NCBI GenBank assembly: GCA_000998275.1
Contig: LCDA01000001.1
Coordinates: 116,352 to 180,351, forward strand
DNA from: Candidatus Collierbacteria bacterium GW2011_GWA2_42_17
Lineage (GTDB): Bacteria; Patescibacteriota; Microgenomatia; UBA1400; MFAQ01
Reading direction: 5' to 3'
DNA: 64,000 nucleotides
Shown here: one piece after another, positions 9,016-18,645 of the stretch
Numbering within the stretch: the first letter of the stretch is position 1
Layout of the letters: each line of letters opens with the position of its first letter
The notes under the pieces: model-generated
Told to the model about the DNA's origin: nothing
Databases searched by the model: none
The model's input: the letters and a program-made list of their open reading frames with translations, nothing else
Translations under genes and position numbers: made by a program

Positions 9016-9836
9016 TGGAGGATATTCGCCAAAATAAAGGGTGGGAGGGACATCTAAAACATCGTGGTTGGAAAACGGTGCAAGTAAAAGCTTCGGACGG
9101 GAGACATACGATGCAGGCTTTTGTTTTACGTCTAGGTTGGTGGCCTTTTTCGATGATGAAAATCCAAAGGTCTAACTATGATCCAGATTTTGAGGAGTTG
9201 AAGAGGCTTAAAAGAAAGTATTGGGTGGCAAACTCAATTATTGAACCACAAAGAGTGCAAAATCCGGAGGCTTTTAGACGAGCAGGTTATTATTTGACTC
9301 GTTTTCCATACTTGGCGATGAGCTCGTATATCAATGATTTAACCAAAAGTGAAAAGGAATTGTGGGGTGGTCTGTCGAATAATGCCAAAAGATTAATCGA
9401 CAAAAACGCGAGAATAATTATTGAAGAGGCCGAACCAAAAAAATTTTGTGAGTTGTGGAAAAAATCGTCAAAGATTTGGATTATGAAACCTGATGAGGTT
9501 GAAAATTTGATAAAAAGTTTTAAGGGAAAGGTAAGGTTGGTGATGAGCCGAATGGGTGACGAATATCATTCCGGATTGATGATTGTTTATTCCAGAGATA
9601 CCGCTAACTATTACATGACTTGGACAAGTGAGGCCGGAAGAAAGTCCGGGGCACACTACAAACTAGTCTGGAACGAAATGCTTCGAGCAAAAAAGATGGG
9701 GCTGAAGTACTGGGATTTTGAAGGAGTATTTGACCCGCGCTGGCCACAAAAAAGGTGGAAGGGTTTCACCGAATTTAAGAGGAGGTTTGGAGGAAGATTG
9801 GTTCAATTTCCAGGAGGATTCTTTCGTTGGCTTTGA
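9015..9836 (+). CDS. Second, divergent FemAB/GNAT-like protein
   Basis: DIRQ..GW, DLTKSEKELW, YWDFEG, GFTEFKRRFGG; TAATG stop/start overlap with the upstream paralog. Confidence 0.8.
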   Translation: MEDIRQNKGWEGHLKHRGWKTVQVKASDGRHTMQAFVLRLGWWPFSMMKIQRSNYDPDFEELKRLKRKYWVANSIIEPQRVQNPEAFRRAGYYLTRFPYLAMSSYINDLTKSEKELWGGLSNNAKRLIDKNARIIIEEAEPKKFCELWKKSSKIWIMKPDEVENLIKSFKGKVRLVMSRMGDEYHSGLMIVYSRDTANYYMTWTSEAGRKSGAHYKLVWNEMLRAKKMGLKYWDFEGVFDPRWPQKRWKGFTEFKRRFGGRLVQFPGGFFRWL

Positions 9837-9845
9837 GATTTTGGG

Positions 9846-10112
9846 TTAAAAGAGAGATTTTTGTTTGGGAAGTAATTCAAAATTAACTAGGTGGTCTGGT
9901 ACCTCGACAACTTTTATTTTAGCTGTATGGCCGGAAATGAGGGCAATTTGAGAGGGAGAAATGGAAAAGTATTTGGATAAAGACTTGATAATGGCGTCGT
10001 TGGCTCTGCCATCGATGGGAGGTTCTTTGATTGAAACGGCGTAGGTGGTCGGGTCGATTTGAACCACTTTTTCTTGTTTCTTTTTTGGTTTAGCAACGAT
10101 GGTGAGGTGCAT
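9846..10112 (-). CDS. DUF167/YggU family protein
   Basis: AKPK..., PPIDGRANDAII..LS, LISGHTAKIK. Confidence 0.85.
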   Translation of the reverse strand: MHLTIVAKPKKKQEKVVQIDPTTYAVSIKEPPIDGRANDAIIKSLSKYFSISPSQIALISGHTAKIKVVEVPDHLVNFELLPKQKSLF

Positions 10113-10113
10113 G

Positions 10114-10776
10114 TTACCAGTTGATGGGTGATTGACCATGGGCTATTAAATACTCGTTGGTTTTACTGAAGGGTTGGCTACCAAAGAAACCGTTGTGGGC
10201 AGAAAGAGGTGAGGGATGGGCAGATTTAATAACCAGATGTTTTTGCGTGTCAATGAAAGAACCCTTTCTTTGGGCGTAGTTGCCCCAGAGAATAAAGACA
10301 AGATTTTCTTTTGATTCGGCGAGTTGATGGATGATGGCATCGGTAAACTGTTCCCAACCTTTGTTTTGGTGACTACCGGCCTGGTGAGCTCTTACCGTGA
10401 GGGTGGCATTAAGAAGTAAAACTCCCTCCTTAACCCAACGTTCCAGATTGCCAGAAGGAGAAGGACTTTTGTCTACGTCGGCTTTTAGTTCTTTGTAAAT
10501 ATTTTGTAAAGAGGGAGGAAGAGCAGTGCCGTCAGGGACAGAAAAAGAAAGTCCGTGCGCTTGGCCTTCGCCGTGATACGGATCTTGGCCGAGAATAATA
10601 ACCTTAACCTTGTCGACAGGGAGACTGTCGAGAGCATTGAAAATAAATTTGGCGGGAGGATAGACGGTGTGGTTTTTGTATTCGTCGTGAACAAACTCAC
10701 TTAATGATTTGAAGTACGGTTTATCAAACTCGTCTTTGAGTAGTTCTTTCCAACTTTTTTCTAAACGTACAGCCAT
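10114..10776 (-). CDS. ung: Uracil-DNA glycosylase (family 1)
   Basis: GQDPYH, GLSFS, LLLN, HPSPLS. Confidence 0.97.
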   Translation of the reverse strand: MAVRLEKSWKELLKDEFDKPYFKSLSEFVHDEYKNHTVYPPAKFIFNALDSLPVDKVKVIILGQDPYHGEGQAHGLSFSVPDGTALPPSLQNIYKELKADVDKSPSPSGNLERWVKEGVLLLNATLTVRAHQAGSHQNKGWEQFTDAIIHQLAESKENLVFILWGNYAQRKGSFIDTQKHLVIKSAHPSPLSAHNGFFGSQPFSKTNEYLIAHGQSPINW

Positions 10777-11372
10777 TAGTATTCGGTCGGGATGTTGGCT
10801 GGCATGGTGGGGATGTTTTTCATTACCTCCGAGAGGTCAGTAAAATTAACATCGGTTGGAACGGTGAATTTACTGTTATCAACTATCCAGGGAGAACATT
10901 TGACGTTTACTTTTTCGTCAAAGTTGACAGCTCCTTTTGCCGTGTTATCTTTGGTTTCGGTTGTTCCTTCCGATTCGGTGATTTTCAGTTTCATACCTTG
11001 GTCCTTTTTCTGTGGGTTCCATGTATACATATATGTGCCATCCGAAACCATACTCATATTGACGCTGGGCATTTCTTTGTCGGTGCTAGTAACAATTACT
11101 TCTTGAGCCATTTTTTTGCCGGAGATGTAGATAGTACCTTGGGTATCGGTTTTTGTACCGTCTGTTTCGTCGACAGCTGAAGTGGAGACAGTACACTTTT
11201 GGTTTTGACCCATGGCAAGAAGATCGCGTAAGGAAGATGATTGTGACTGTTCGGTTGGGGTGGTTTTGTCTTCACCGGCTTGGTTTTCGGTTCCAGTTGG
11301 AGTCTTGACAGTACAAGCGGAGAGAAAAACGGCGGAGATGATAACAAGAGAAAAACGAATTTTGTTAATCAT
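10776..11372 (-). CDS. Hypothetical lipoprotein
   Basis: Signal peptide ending in lipobox FLSA-C; start moved to ATG 11372. Confidence 0.65.
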   Translation of the reverse strand: MINKIRFSLVIISAVFLSACTVKTPTGTENQAGEDKTTPTEQSQSSSLRDLLAMGQNQKCTVSTSAVDETDGTKTDTQGTIYISGKKMAQEVIVTSTDKEMPSVNMSMVSDGTYMYTWNPQKKDQGMKLKITESEGTTETKDNTAKGAVNFDEKVNVKCSPWIVDNSKFTVPTDVNFTDLSEVMKNIPTMPANIPTEY

Positions 11373-11396
11373 ATATTCGTAGTATACCAATTACTG

Positions 11397-11996
11397 TCAA
11401 GAGTTTTCCAAACTTTTCCAGAGATACAAACAGGCAAGCGAACGGTAGGGACTCCAGATTTGAGAAATGGCTTCAATTTTAATTTTATCTTCCCTATCCA
11501 CTCCATAGAGTTTGGCAACGGCGGCACGAAGCCCAAGGTCTCCAAGGGAAAATGTGTCTTGTCGACCAAGCGAAAAAATAAGGAACATTTCGGCTGTCCA
11601 ACGACCAATACCTTTGACTGTAGTGAGAGAAGAAATTACTGTTTCGTCCGAAAGAAGATGCAGATTTTCCAAAACCAGTTTGTTGGAAACGATTTCTTCG
11701 GCAAGGGACTTGAGATATGAGGTCTTTTGGCGAGATAGCCCGCAAGAGCGAAGGGTCTCATCACTAAGTTTTAATATTTCTTCGGGGCGGGGAGTTTTTT
11801 CTTTGGGAAACAATGTAAGGAAGCGATCAAAGATGGTTGCGGCGGCTTTATTGGAGAGCTGTTGACTAACGATGGCTTCAAGAAGGTCACGAAAGAGATT
11901 GGTCGAAGGCTTTGGCGAAGAAATGGTGTAGTTATCAATAATGCAGGAAAGAACCGGGTCTTGGCGAAGGTGTTTTATTGCAAGTGAGTTTTCCAT
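11397..11996 (-). CDS. HhH-GPD DNA-3-methyladenine glycosylase (AlkA-like)
   Basis: IVSQQLS, GLSRQK, KGIGRWTAEMFL, GDLG, WSPYRS. Confidence 0.92.
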   Translation of the reverse strand: MENSLAIKHLRQDPVLSCIIDNYTISSPKPSTNLFRDLLEAIVSQQLSNKAAATIFDRFLTLFPKEKTPRPEEILKLSDETLRSCGLSRQKTSYLKSLAEEIVSNKLVLENLHLLSDETVISSLTTVKGIGRWTAEMFLIFSLGRQDTFSLGDLGLRAAVAKLYGVDREDKIKIEAISQIWSPYRSLACLYLWKSLENS

Positions 11997-12035
11997 AGCT
12001 TGATTATAGAGAGAAAGTCGTATAATTTTGAAACT

Positions 12036-12785
12036 ATGACAAGGGTGGAAGACGGTAATAGAAAATTTTTGTTTGACGGGATAACGGAGCTGTTTTATTC
12101 TCCGGAGATTATGTCGGGAGCAAAAGAAAAAATTGAAATGGTGAGAGAATTCTTAGAAGAAAATCCGGAGTATAGCTTTGTTTTATATTTCAACCACATT
12201 TCATTTAATGATCCGGCGGTACTAGTGCACGTGGCCAATCTTTTAAATCCAAAGGGTGAGTGGCATTTACTGGTGCCAATGTCGTATTCGCACGTCGATA
12301 CAAAAAGTGTCAAGGGTTTTTTGTCGTCTTTGGGAATGAATGTTGTTAAAGCGTGCGGAATTGAGGCAATACCCGTAGTACAGACATACCAGCTAAACAA
12401 TCCTAGGTATGGGTACACCGCCGAGGAAGCCAGACAAACATACGTAAACTACGTTCATCGGTTAAAGGAGTTGAAAAGATCAAATACACCAACTGGAGTT
12501 CTGATCAGTCCGGAAGGCCATCGAAGTGACACCGGGAAAATGATGGTGGCCGAGTCCGGGATGGTGGCGGCAGGGAGATTGTTGGCACCGGTAGTGTATG
12601 TACCATTGGCGGTTTCGTATGAGGGTAAGTTTAAAAGAGACGGAATAAACATCGGAAAGAAAATGTGGATAAATATTGGAGAGGTGACAGTTCAAGAAAA
12701 CCCGAGAGAGTACCCGAGCGTGGAGGAGCTGATGAAAAAGTTGGCCGTAGCTTTGCCCGAGGAGATGAGAGGGGTTTGGGGATAG
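12036..12785 (+). CDS. PlsC/LPLAT-family acyltransferase-like protein
   Basis: Catalytic NHxxxxD (NHISFND), SPEGHRS block, VPLAV. Confidence 0.65.
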   Translation: MTRVEDGNRKFLFDGITELFYSPEIMSGAKEKIEMVREFLEENPEYSFVLYFNHISFNDPAVLVHVANLLNPKGEWHLLVPMSYSHVDTKSVKGFLSSLGMNVVKACGIEAIPVVQTYQLNNPRYGYTAEEARQTYVNYVHRLKELKRSNTPTGVLISPEGHRSDTGKMMVAESGMVAAGRLLAPVVYVPLAVSYEGKFKRDGINIGKKMWINIGEVTVQENPREYPSVEELMKKLAVALPEEMRGVWG

Positions 12786-12835
12786 AAAAGTACTTGGTAT
12801 CAATCTAAATACAAAGGGGTGGTATAATATAGGAT

Positions 12836-13483
12836 ATGACATATTTTAACCGAGGTGGAAGTGGAGACAATCGAGCCCAGTATTACAGCCCAAGAGAGGG
12901 AAGTTTTTCCTCAAGAGGTGGGTTTGACAGGGGTTCAGAGAGAAAAGAAATGTTTGACGCCGTGTGCGCTAAATGTGGAGGTGTGGCCAAGGTTCCTTTT
13001 AAACCAAACGGTAGAAAAGAAGTTTTCTGTAGCAAATGTTTTGGTGAAATAAATGGTGAAGAGCCTAGAGGTGGAAACAGATTTGAAAGTAGAGGTAACG
13101 ACAGAGGATTTGGGGGAAGAGATTCTAGAAGTTTTGATAAACCCATGTTTAGTGCTATTTGTGATGAGTGTGGAGATAACTGCCAGGTTCCTTTTGAACC
13201 AAGAAATGGTAAACCGGTACTTTGTAGTGATTGTTTTGCCAAAAAAGATGGTGGAAGAGGTGAGTCTAGATCTTTTGTCCCTTCAGCCCGACCGGCTGCC
13301 GGAAACGTGGATTTGAGTGAACTTAACGCTAAACTGGACAGAATCATCAAGCTTCTAACTCCTACCGAACCGAAGAATATAACGGAGAAGATTCTTGAAA
13401 CTATTGAGATCAATTCCGGAAAAGAAGTTGCTAAGCCCAAGAAAAAGGCCAAAGTAGCTAAGAAAAAGGTTATAAAGGAATAA
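12836..13483 (+). CDS. Protein with two CxxC-x17-CxxC zinc-ribbon domains, RG-rich linkers and a Lys-rich tail
   Basis: MFDAVCAKCG..VPFKP...VFCSKCF and MFSAICDECG..VPFEP...VLCSDCF. Confidence 0.85.
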   Translation: MTYFNRGGSGDNRAQYYSPREGSFSSRGGFDRGSERKEMFDAVCAKCGGVAKVPFKPNGRKEVFCSKCFGEINGEEPRGGNRFESRGNDRGFGGRDSRSFDKPMFSAICDECGDNCQVPFEPRNGKPVLCSDCFAKKDGGRGESRSFVPSARPAAGNVDLSELNAKLDRIIKLLTPTEPKNITEKILETIEINSGKEVAKPKKKAKVAKKKVIKE

Positions 13484-13503
13484 GTTTTAACTAAAACAAA
13501 AGG

Positions 13504-13534
13504 CAAAAAGAGGCTCTATGAGGGTCTCTTTTTG
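13504..13534. terminator. Bidirectional intrinsic terminator
   Basis: CAAAAAGAGGCTCT-ATG-AGGGTCTCTTTTTG between convergent genes. Confidence 0.7.
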
Positions 13535-13547
13535 TAACATATCCTAA

Positions 13548-14228
13548 TTATTTTCTCTTGATATTTAGATTAAGAATAAAGAGTACTCCTATTAAGCTTA
13601 AATTGATCAGGACACTAATGCCGATAGCTTGCCATAGAGAGTTTAAAATGGTCCAAATGTAGGAGTTCGAGTTGAGAAAGATCTGGAAGCCAAAATACCA
13701 AGCGAGAAGAGTGACAACGAGGGAAATGATGACGAACGGAAGAGCTTGTTTGATGTCCGACCAGCTGGGGAAAAAGGAGTTGGCCACCGTGAAGAAGAGA
13801 TAACCCTCGAGAAGCAGGAGCCAGATGTCTTTGGCAGTGAAACTAGTTTGGAAGAGTGAGGCAAACCAGATAAGAAGAGCCATGCCGGAGATGAAAGGGG
13901 CGATGCCGACGAGGAAACCTTGAATGGGATTGAGCTTTTGGGTTTGGACGGAACCAAGGGCAACGTGAGTAGATTTTTCATCCAATTTGTCTTCAAGATA
14001 TTCGGGAAAGATTTCAATCTTGCCGGTACGAGCGCCTGTCAGAGCGGCGACGAGGAAATGGGAAATTTCGTGGATGAGGGTGCCGGGAAGAAAGATGGTG
14101 CTCCAGACGATGATGACGGAGTGCTGACTTCCGCCTAGGCGATGAACGAGATGGGATAAGTCGGAGGTCATTCTCTTTTTGGTGAGGAGGAGACAGAAGA
14201 GACTAAGGATAACAAAAAGTAGGGGCAT
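13548..14228 (-). CDS. Membrane zinc metalloprotease, M50B-like
   Basis: PGTLIHEISH (HExxH), 'GIAPF', 'PSWSD', several TM helices. Confidence 0.65.
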   Translation of the reverse strand: MPLLFVILSLFCLLLTKKRMTSDLSHLVHRLGGSQHSVIIVWSTIFLPGTLIHEISHFLVAALTGARTGKIEIFPEYLEDKLDEKSTHVALGSVQTQKLNPIQGFLVGIAPFISGMALLIWFASLFQTSFTAKDIWLLLLEGYLFFTVANSFFPSWSDIKQALPFVIISLVVTLLAWYFGFQIFLNSNSYIWTILNSLWQAIGISVLINLSLIGVLFILNLNIKRK

Positions 14229-14237
14229 GTACTTATT

Positions 14238-17200
14238 TTATTCCTCTTCTTCGGATTGAGTGACCGGGAGGCCGTTTGGCCAGCAGTGATTACGGAAGTC
14301 ACAGCGAACACAGTGGTTGTAGTCCGTGGTGCGATCGAAGTTTAGTGAGCGGATGCTCGCCATTACTTCTCTAATTACTTTCTTTAAATCGTTGACTTCG
14401 GCGGGGGTGATATTGAATCTTTCGCTGTGGAACCTGTTTCCTTTGTCGGCTTCGATAAATTGAAGTTCGGTTTCAGTAACTTTGTAATCGAAAGAGTGGT
14501 CGAGGTCGGCCAAGAGCTGATAGAAAACCAGCTGACGTTTGTAATCGCCGTTGGAACTTTTAGTATTGCCTTCGATATCATTTCTCGTTCGGGGTTGACC
14601 TGTTTTATAGTCGACAAAACGAACGTGTTTTTCTTTTTTGTTTGTTAAATCAATTCTGTCGGCTTTGCCGGTGAGCGGAATATCGTCGAGGACAATTTGG
14701 GAAGTGAGTGATTTACCGAAATTCTTTTCGGTGAAGAGAGCGGGGATGAAACTATCTTTGTAGTAATCATAGTAAAAGGACAAAACTTTCTGACCTTTTT
14801 CCAAGTAGTTTTTGAAGTCCGCTTCGGAGAGAACCTCGCGGCGAAGTGCGGTTTCGAAATCTTTTAGAAAATCTTTTGGCGATTCAACTTTGCCGGTATT
14901 TTTCAGGTTGATATATAGATACTGTAAGGCAAAGTGGACCGCGGTACCAAAGCTCATAGATGGAGGAGTGGTGCGAGGAATACGATAGAGATTGTCCAGC
15001 TTAAATTTGTAGTGGCACTCCAAATATTTATTTAGTGCCGTAGGTGAGAGCTTGAAGTCTTTGATGATTTCTTTGAGGTATTCTTTTTCGCCGGAGGCAA
15101 GAACCGGGGAGACTGGAATGGCTAGGAGTTTGCCTAAAATTTTGGCGGCGTTTTTTTGGAACTTGCCGACTTTGATCAGCTTGCGCGTTTTTTTGGGAAT
15201 CTCATCGAGGAACATTGAAGGAAAAATCATTTTGAGAGAGGTAGGGTACTCGGTGGAGCCGGTGAGGTAGAGATTCTTTTTGGCACGGGTCATGGCCACA
15301 TAAAAGACACGACGTTCTTCGGCATTTTTATCTTCTTTGTCGGTGTCTTCCAGAGCCAGGATACCCGGAGGAAGCTTGATCATCTGTCTTTTGGTGTGAT
15401 TGCCCCAGTGAGTGTCGGCGAAGCGGTAGATAAAGACTGTTTTCCATTCCAGACCTTTAGCTTTGTAGACTGTGGTGAGAGTTACCGCATTGTTGTCGCC
15501 TATTAGCGCCTGCTCTTCCAACTTCAAGCCATTCTCGTCCATGGTTTTTAGATTGAAGACGTAACCAAATAAGTCAAGACCGGGGAAAGCGGCGGATTGT
15601 TTTTTGACATCTTCAAAAAGAGTACCGAAACGATTTAACTCTTGAATCGGTTGAGGTAGGGCGAGGATGTAATCAAGGAGCCCTGATTCTTGAAATATCA
15701 TTTGGAACATCTCAGGAACGGTGTGAGTAGCCGCTTTGGAGTTCCAGCCGAGGAAACGATGAAAGACGTCGATAACGACCGGGTCGATGTCGGGATGAGC
15801 ATCAAGGAGAGTGTCCATGAGAGACTCACGTTTTTCGTGGGCGTAACGAGAGATTTTTAAAATGGAGAGAGGGTTTAGTTTGAAGTACGGAAAATTGAGA
15901 GCCAAAAACAAGTCGAGATCGTCAACCTTGCTTTGAAAAGTAGTGACGAGAGAAATAATTTTGAGGAACTGGGAAATGAGTGGCGTGGAGAGAATGTTGA
16001 CACCACCTTCGAGACGATATGGGAGGCCTTTGGATTTGAAAAGATTGACCAAGTTTTCGATGTCGGCGTTGTCTTTGGTTATGACGGCAAAATCGGATGG
16101 CTTGGCACCGGCTTTAATTTTTCTTTTCAAGGTACTCGCAATGAACTCGTCTTCGAAAAGGGGTGAGGTAAATTTGGCAACTTTAAGGGACAAATCTTGA
16201 AATTTAACGTTGTGGTGGAGAGGGGGTTCGTTGATTATTCCGGCGGAGGCTTCAAGTAAAGTTTGGGTAGAACGATAGTTTTGGTCTAGAACAATTTTCT
16301 TTAAGTTGGGAAATCTTTTTTGGAACTCACGGACATTTTCTTTGGAGGCACCTTGAAATCTAAAAATACTTTGGTTAGGGTCGCCGACGACAAAGACATT
16401 GGCTTCTTGACCCCAGAAACTGGAGAGGGCAAAGATGAGACGGTTTTGGGAGTTGTTGGTATCTTGGTATTCGTCGCCCAGAATGTACTGGAACTTTTCT
16501 TGGTAGGCTAGAAGAAAATCGGCATCTTTTTCGAAGGCTTCAACTACCCAGTTGATCATGTCTTCAAAATCGTAGCGGCCGATGGCAGAAAGTTTGGCTT
16601 GATATTTTTCGTAGATATTGAGAAGGTCGGTATTTTTGCCGACTAATGTTTCCCTTTCGTTGAGAGCGCCTTTTTTCAGGTCCCCTTTTTCGAGTTCAAA
16701 TTCTTCTTGTAAAAGAGTGACCAACTGCTTGTATTTATCAATGGGGTAACCTTCGCGTTTGAGGTCGGCGATGGCGCCAAGAATATATTTAAGATAGTAA
16801 GTGGGGTCGCCGGCCGGTTTTAAAAGAGGAAAAGAATCGCCTTCCAAAATCTCTTTAATTAATTGGATCTTTTCCAGGTCTGTGGCAATACTTAAACCCT
16901 TGGGTCGGCTAAACCTTTCCGGATTTTCGGAGATGATGTCGGAGCAGAAGGAGTGATAGGAGGTGACTTTGACGTAGTAACCGTCTTTGCCGACGAGCTT
17001 TATTAAACGCTCTCTCATTTCGCGAGTGGCGGCGTCGGTATATGTCAAAGCAAGAATGGACTCTGGGTTAGTATCAGTTTCTTTGAGAATATTGGCAATT
17101 CTGGCTGTAAGAACTTGAGTTTTGCCTGTGCCGGGACCAGCGAGAACCAAAACAGGACCTTCGATGGTATCGACGGCTTTTTTCTGCGAATCGTTTAACT

Positions 17201-17240
17201 TTTTGTACGCTAGGTCAAATTCCGGTGTGGTCTGGGGCAT
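14238..17240 (-). CDS. UvrD-family helicase fused to a C-terminal PD-(D/E)XK nuclease (AdnAB/AddAB-like)
   Basis: AGPGTGKT, DEYQD, QSIFRFQGA, KAKGLE, EERRVFYVAMTRA; C-terminal LSPTAL..Y..C, GKADRID, VDYKTG, QL..Y, CxxCxxxxxC. Confidence 0.88.
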   Translation of the reverse strand: MPQTTPEFDLAYKKLNDSQKKAVDTIEGPVLVLAGPGTGKTQVLTARIANILKETDTNPESILALTYTDAATREMRERLIKLVGKDGYYVKVTSYHSFCSDIISENPERFSRPKGLSIATDLEKIQLIKEILEGDSFPLLKPAGDPTYYLKYILGAIADLKREGYPIDKYKQLVTLLQEEFELEKGDLKKGALNERETLVGKNTDLLNIYEKYQAKLSAIGRYDFEDMINWVVEAFEKDADFLLAYQEKFQYILGDEYQDTNNSQNRLIFALSSFWGQEANVFVVGDPNQSIFRFQGASKENVREFQKRFPNLKKIVLDQNYRSTQTLLEASAGIINEPPLHHNVKFQDLSLKVAKFTSPLFEDEFIASTLKRKIKAGAKPSDFAVITKDNADIENLVNLFKSKGLPYRLEGGVNILSTPLISQFLKIISLVTTFQSKVDDLDLFLALNFPYFKLNPLSILKISRYAHEKRESLMDTLLDAHPDIDPVVIDVFHRFLGWNSKAATHTVPEMFQMIFQESGLLDYILALPQPIQELNRFGTLFEDVKKQSAAFPGLDLFGYVFNLKTMDENGLKLEEQALIGDNNAVTLTTVYKAKGLEWKTVFIYRFADTHWGNHTKRQMIKLPPGILALEDTDKEDKNAEERRVFYVAMTRAKKNLYLTGSTEYPTSLKMIFPSMFLDEIPKKTRKLIKVGKFQKNAAKILGKLLAIPVSPVLASGEKEYLKEIIKDFKLSPTALNKYLECHYKFKLDNLYRIPRTTPPSMSFGTAVHFALQYLYINLKNTGKVESPKDFLKDFETALRREVLSEADFKNYLEKGQKVLSFYYDYYKDSFIPALFTEKNFGKSLTSQIVLDDIPLTGKADRIDLTNKKEKHVRFVDYKTGQPRTRNDIEGNTKSSNGDYKRQLVFYQLLADLDHSFDYKVTETELQFIEADKGNRFHSERFNITPAEVNDLKKVIREVMASIRSLNFDRTTDYNHCVRCDFRNHCWPNGLPVTQSEEEE

Positions 17241-17244
17241 GGAC

Positions 17245-18234
17245 TTATTCTATGTCTTTTTTATCGGAATCTAAACCGGACTTCAGACTGTGCGAGGACT
17301 CAAGTTTGTTGCCAATCTGATTTAATGTCTGGGAGGTAGTATTCATAGAGTTGTAAGCATTTGTTAAGTGCTTGCCCAGAAGGGTGAAGTCGCCATTTAA
17401 TTTTTCGTAGTCTTTTTGGACGGCTCGTAAAAGAGTAAAGACCTCGGCGGTTTTGCCGGCAATTTTTTGACCTTCTAAGGAAAGAAGGATTGTTTGTAAA
17501 TTGGCATAGAGAGTGGTCGGGGAAACAGGAAAGACACGAGAGTCTCGGCTGAGGCTCATGATTTCTTCCTCATTGACTATTTCGTAGTAGACGGACTCGG
17601 AAGGAATATACATGAGAGCAAAATCGAGAGTCCCTTCTTCGGGAAGAATATACTTGCCGGAGATATCTTTGAGATGTTTTTTAACGTCACGGATAAAGGC
17701 GGAACGGGCTAGTGATTTTTCAGAGGGTGAGGTGGCTTGATATATCTTTTGGAAATTTTCCATGGGAAACTTGGAGTCTATGGGAAGAATACCGGCTTGG
17801 GTTTTGATGGCGGCGTCGACAATCTGGCCACCTTTGAAGTGGTGTTGAAGAGCGTAGCCGGTTTTGGGAAACATCTGGGCGATTAAATCAGTTAGGACTT
17901 GTTCACCAATGTTACCTCTGAGTTTAGGGGACTTTAGATAGTCTTGGAGATCTTTCATGGAGCGACTGACTTCGCCAAAAGCACCGGCTTCTTTTTTGAG
18001 GTCGCCAATGACGGTGGTTGCTTGATCAAGACGGGAGAAAAGTTCGCGGTAATTTTGTTGGAGTGAAGCCGTTGTTGTTCTATTAGTGGTATCGAACGAT
18101 TGCTGGAGAGACTTGAGCCAAGCGTTGAGGGTAGGGTCGGTGTTTGGTTTTTGCAGCTGGGACTTGAGAAGAAAATAGAGAATCAATAAGCCAAAGAAGA
18201 GAAAAGCTATTACAATTGAAGTATCAGTTGACAT
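17245..18234 (-). CDS. rmuC: DNA recombination protein RmuC family
   Basis: N-terminal TM, coiled coil, KLRGNIGE, PIDSKFP, KYI.P..T.DFA.MYIPSE, SPTTL. Confidence 0.9.
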   Translation of the reverse strand: MSTDTSIVIAFLFFGLLILYFLLKSQLQKPNTDPTLNAWLKSLQQSFDTTNRTTTASLQQNYRELFSRLDQATTVIGDLKKEAGAFGEVSRSMKDLQDYLKSPKLRGNIGEQVLTDLIAQMFPKTGYALQHHFKGGQIVDAAIKTQAGILPIDSKFPMENFQKIYQATSPSEKSLARSAFIRDVKKHLKDISGKYILPEEGTLDFALMYIPSESVYYEIVNEEEIMSLSRDSRVFPVSPTTLYANLQTILLSLEGQKIAGKTAEVFTLLRAVQKDYEKLNGDFTLLGKHLTNAYNSMNTTSQTLNQIGNKLESSHSLKSGLDSDKKDIE

Positions 18235-18251
18235 AGATTTATTTTACAGTA

Positions 18252-18620
18252 ATGGAACGAAACAAACACGAAAGAAATAAAAAATATGGATGGTTGGTTT
18301 TTTTTGCCCTTGTTAATTGGCTGGTAATTGCTCTAGCCGTGTGGAAAATAGATCCTGACAATATGGCTAACTTTCTTTTTCCGGGAAGCTACCTGCCAAT
18401 GGGTTTGTTGCTGATGGGGGGGATATTTTGGCTGTTATCGATATTAACAATGTCATCAATTAGAGCTTTACGTTGGACTCTGGGGATTATTATTTATATC
18501 TACTTACGAATTTGGGGGTTGGGGTCTGTCTTAAATGGTATTTTGATTCTTGGATTGCTTTCAGTATGGGAGGTATATATCTATAAGAAAAAACCAAAGG
18601 ATGTGCTACACTTTGATTAA
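18252..18620 (+). CDS. Hypothetical membrane protein (about 4 TM)
   Basis: Hydrophobic 122-aa ORF, divergent from rmuC. Confidence 0.6.
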   Translation: MERNKHERNKKYGWLVFFALVNWLVIALAVWKIDPDNMANFLFPGSYLPMGLLLMGGIFWLLSILTMSSIRALRWTLGIIIYIYLRIWGLGSVLNGILILGLLSVWEVYIYKKKPKDVLHFD

Positions 18621-18645
18621 TTAAAGTTATTATTTAGGACAGAAT

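Noticed and set aside
12883-13506. 207-aa minus-strand ORF
   Set aside because: Antisense shadow of the CxxC-x17-CxxC gene; no motifs
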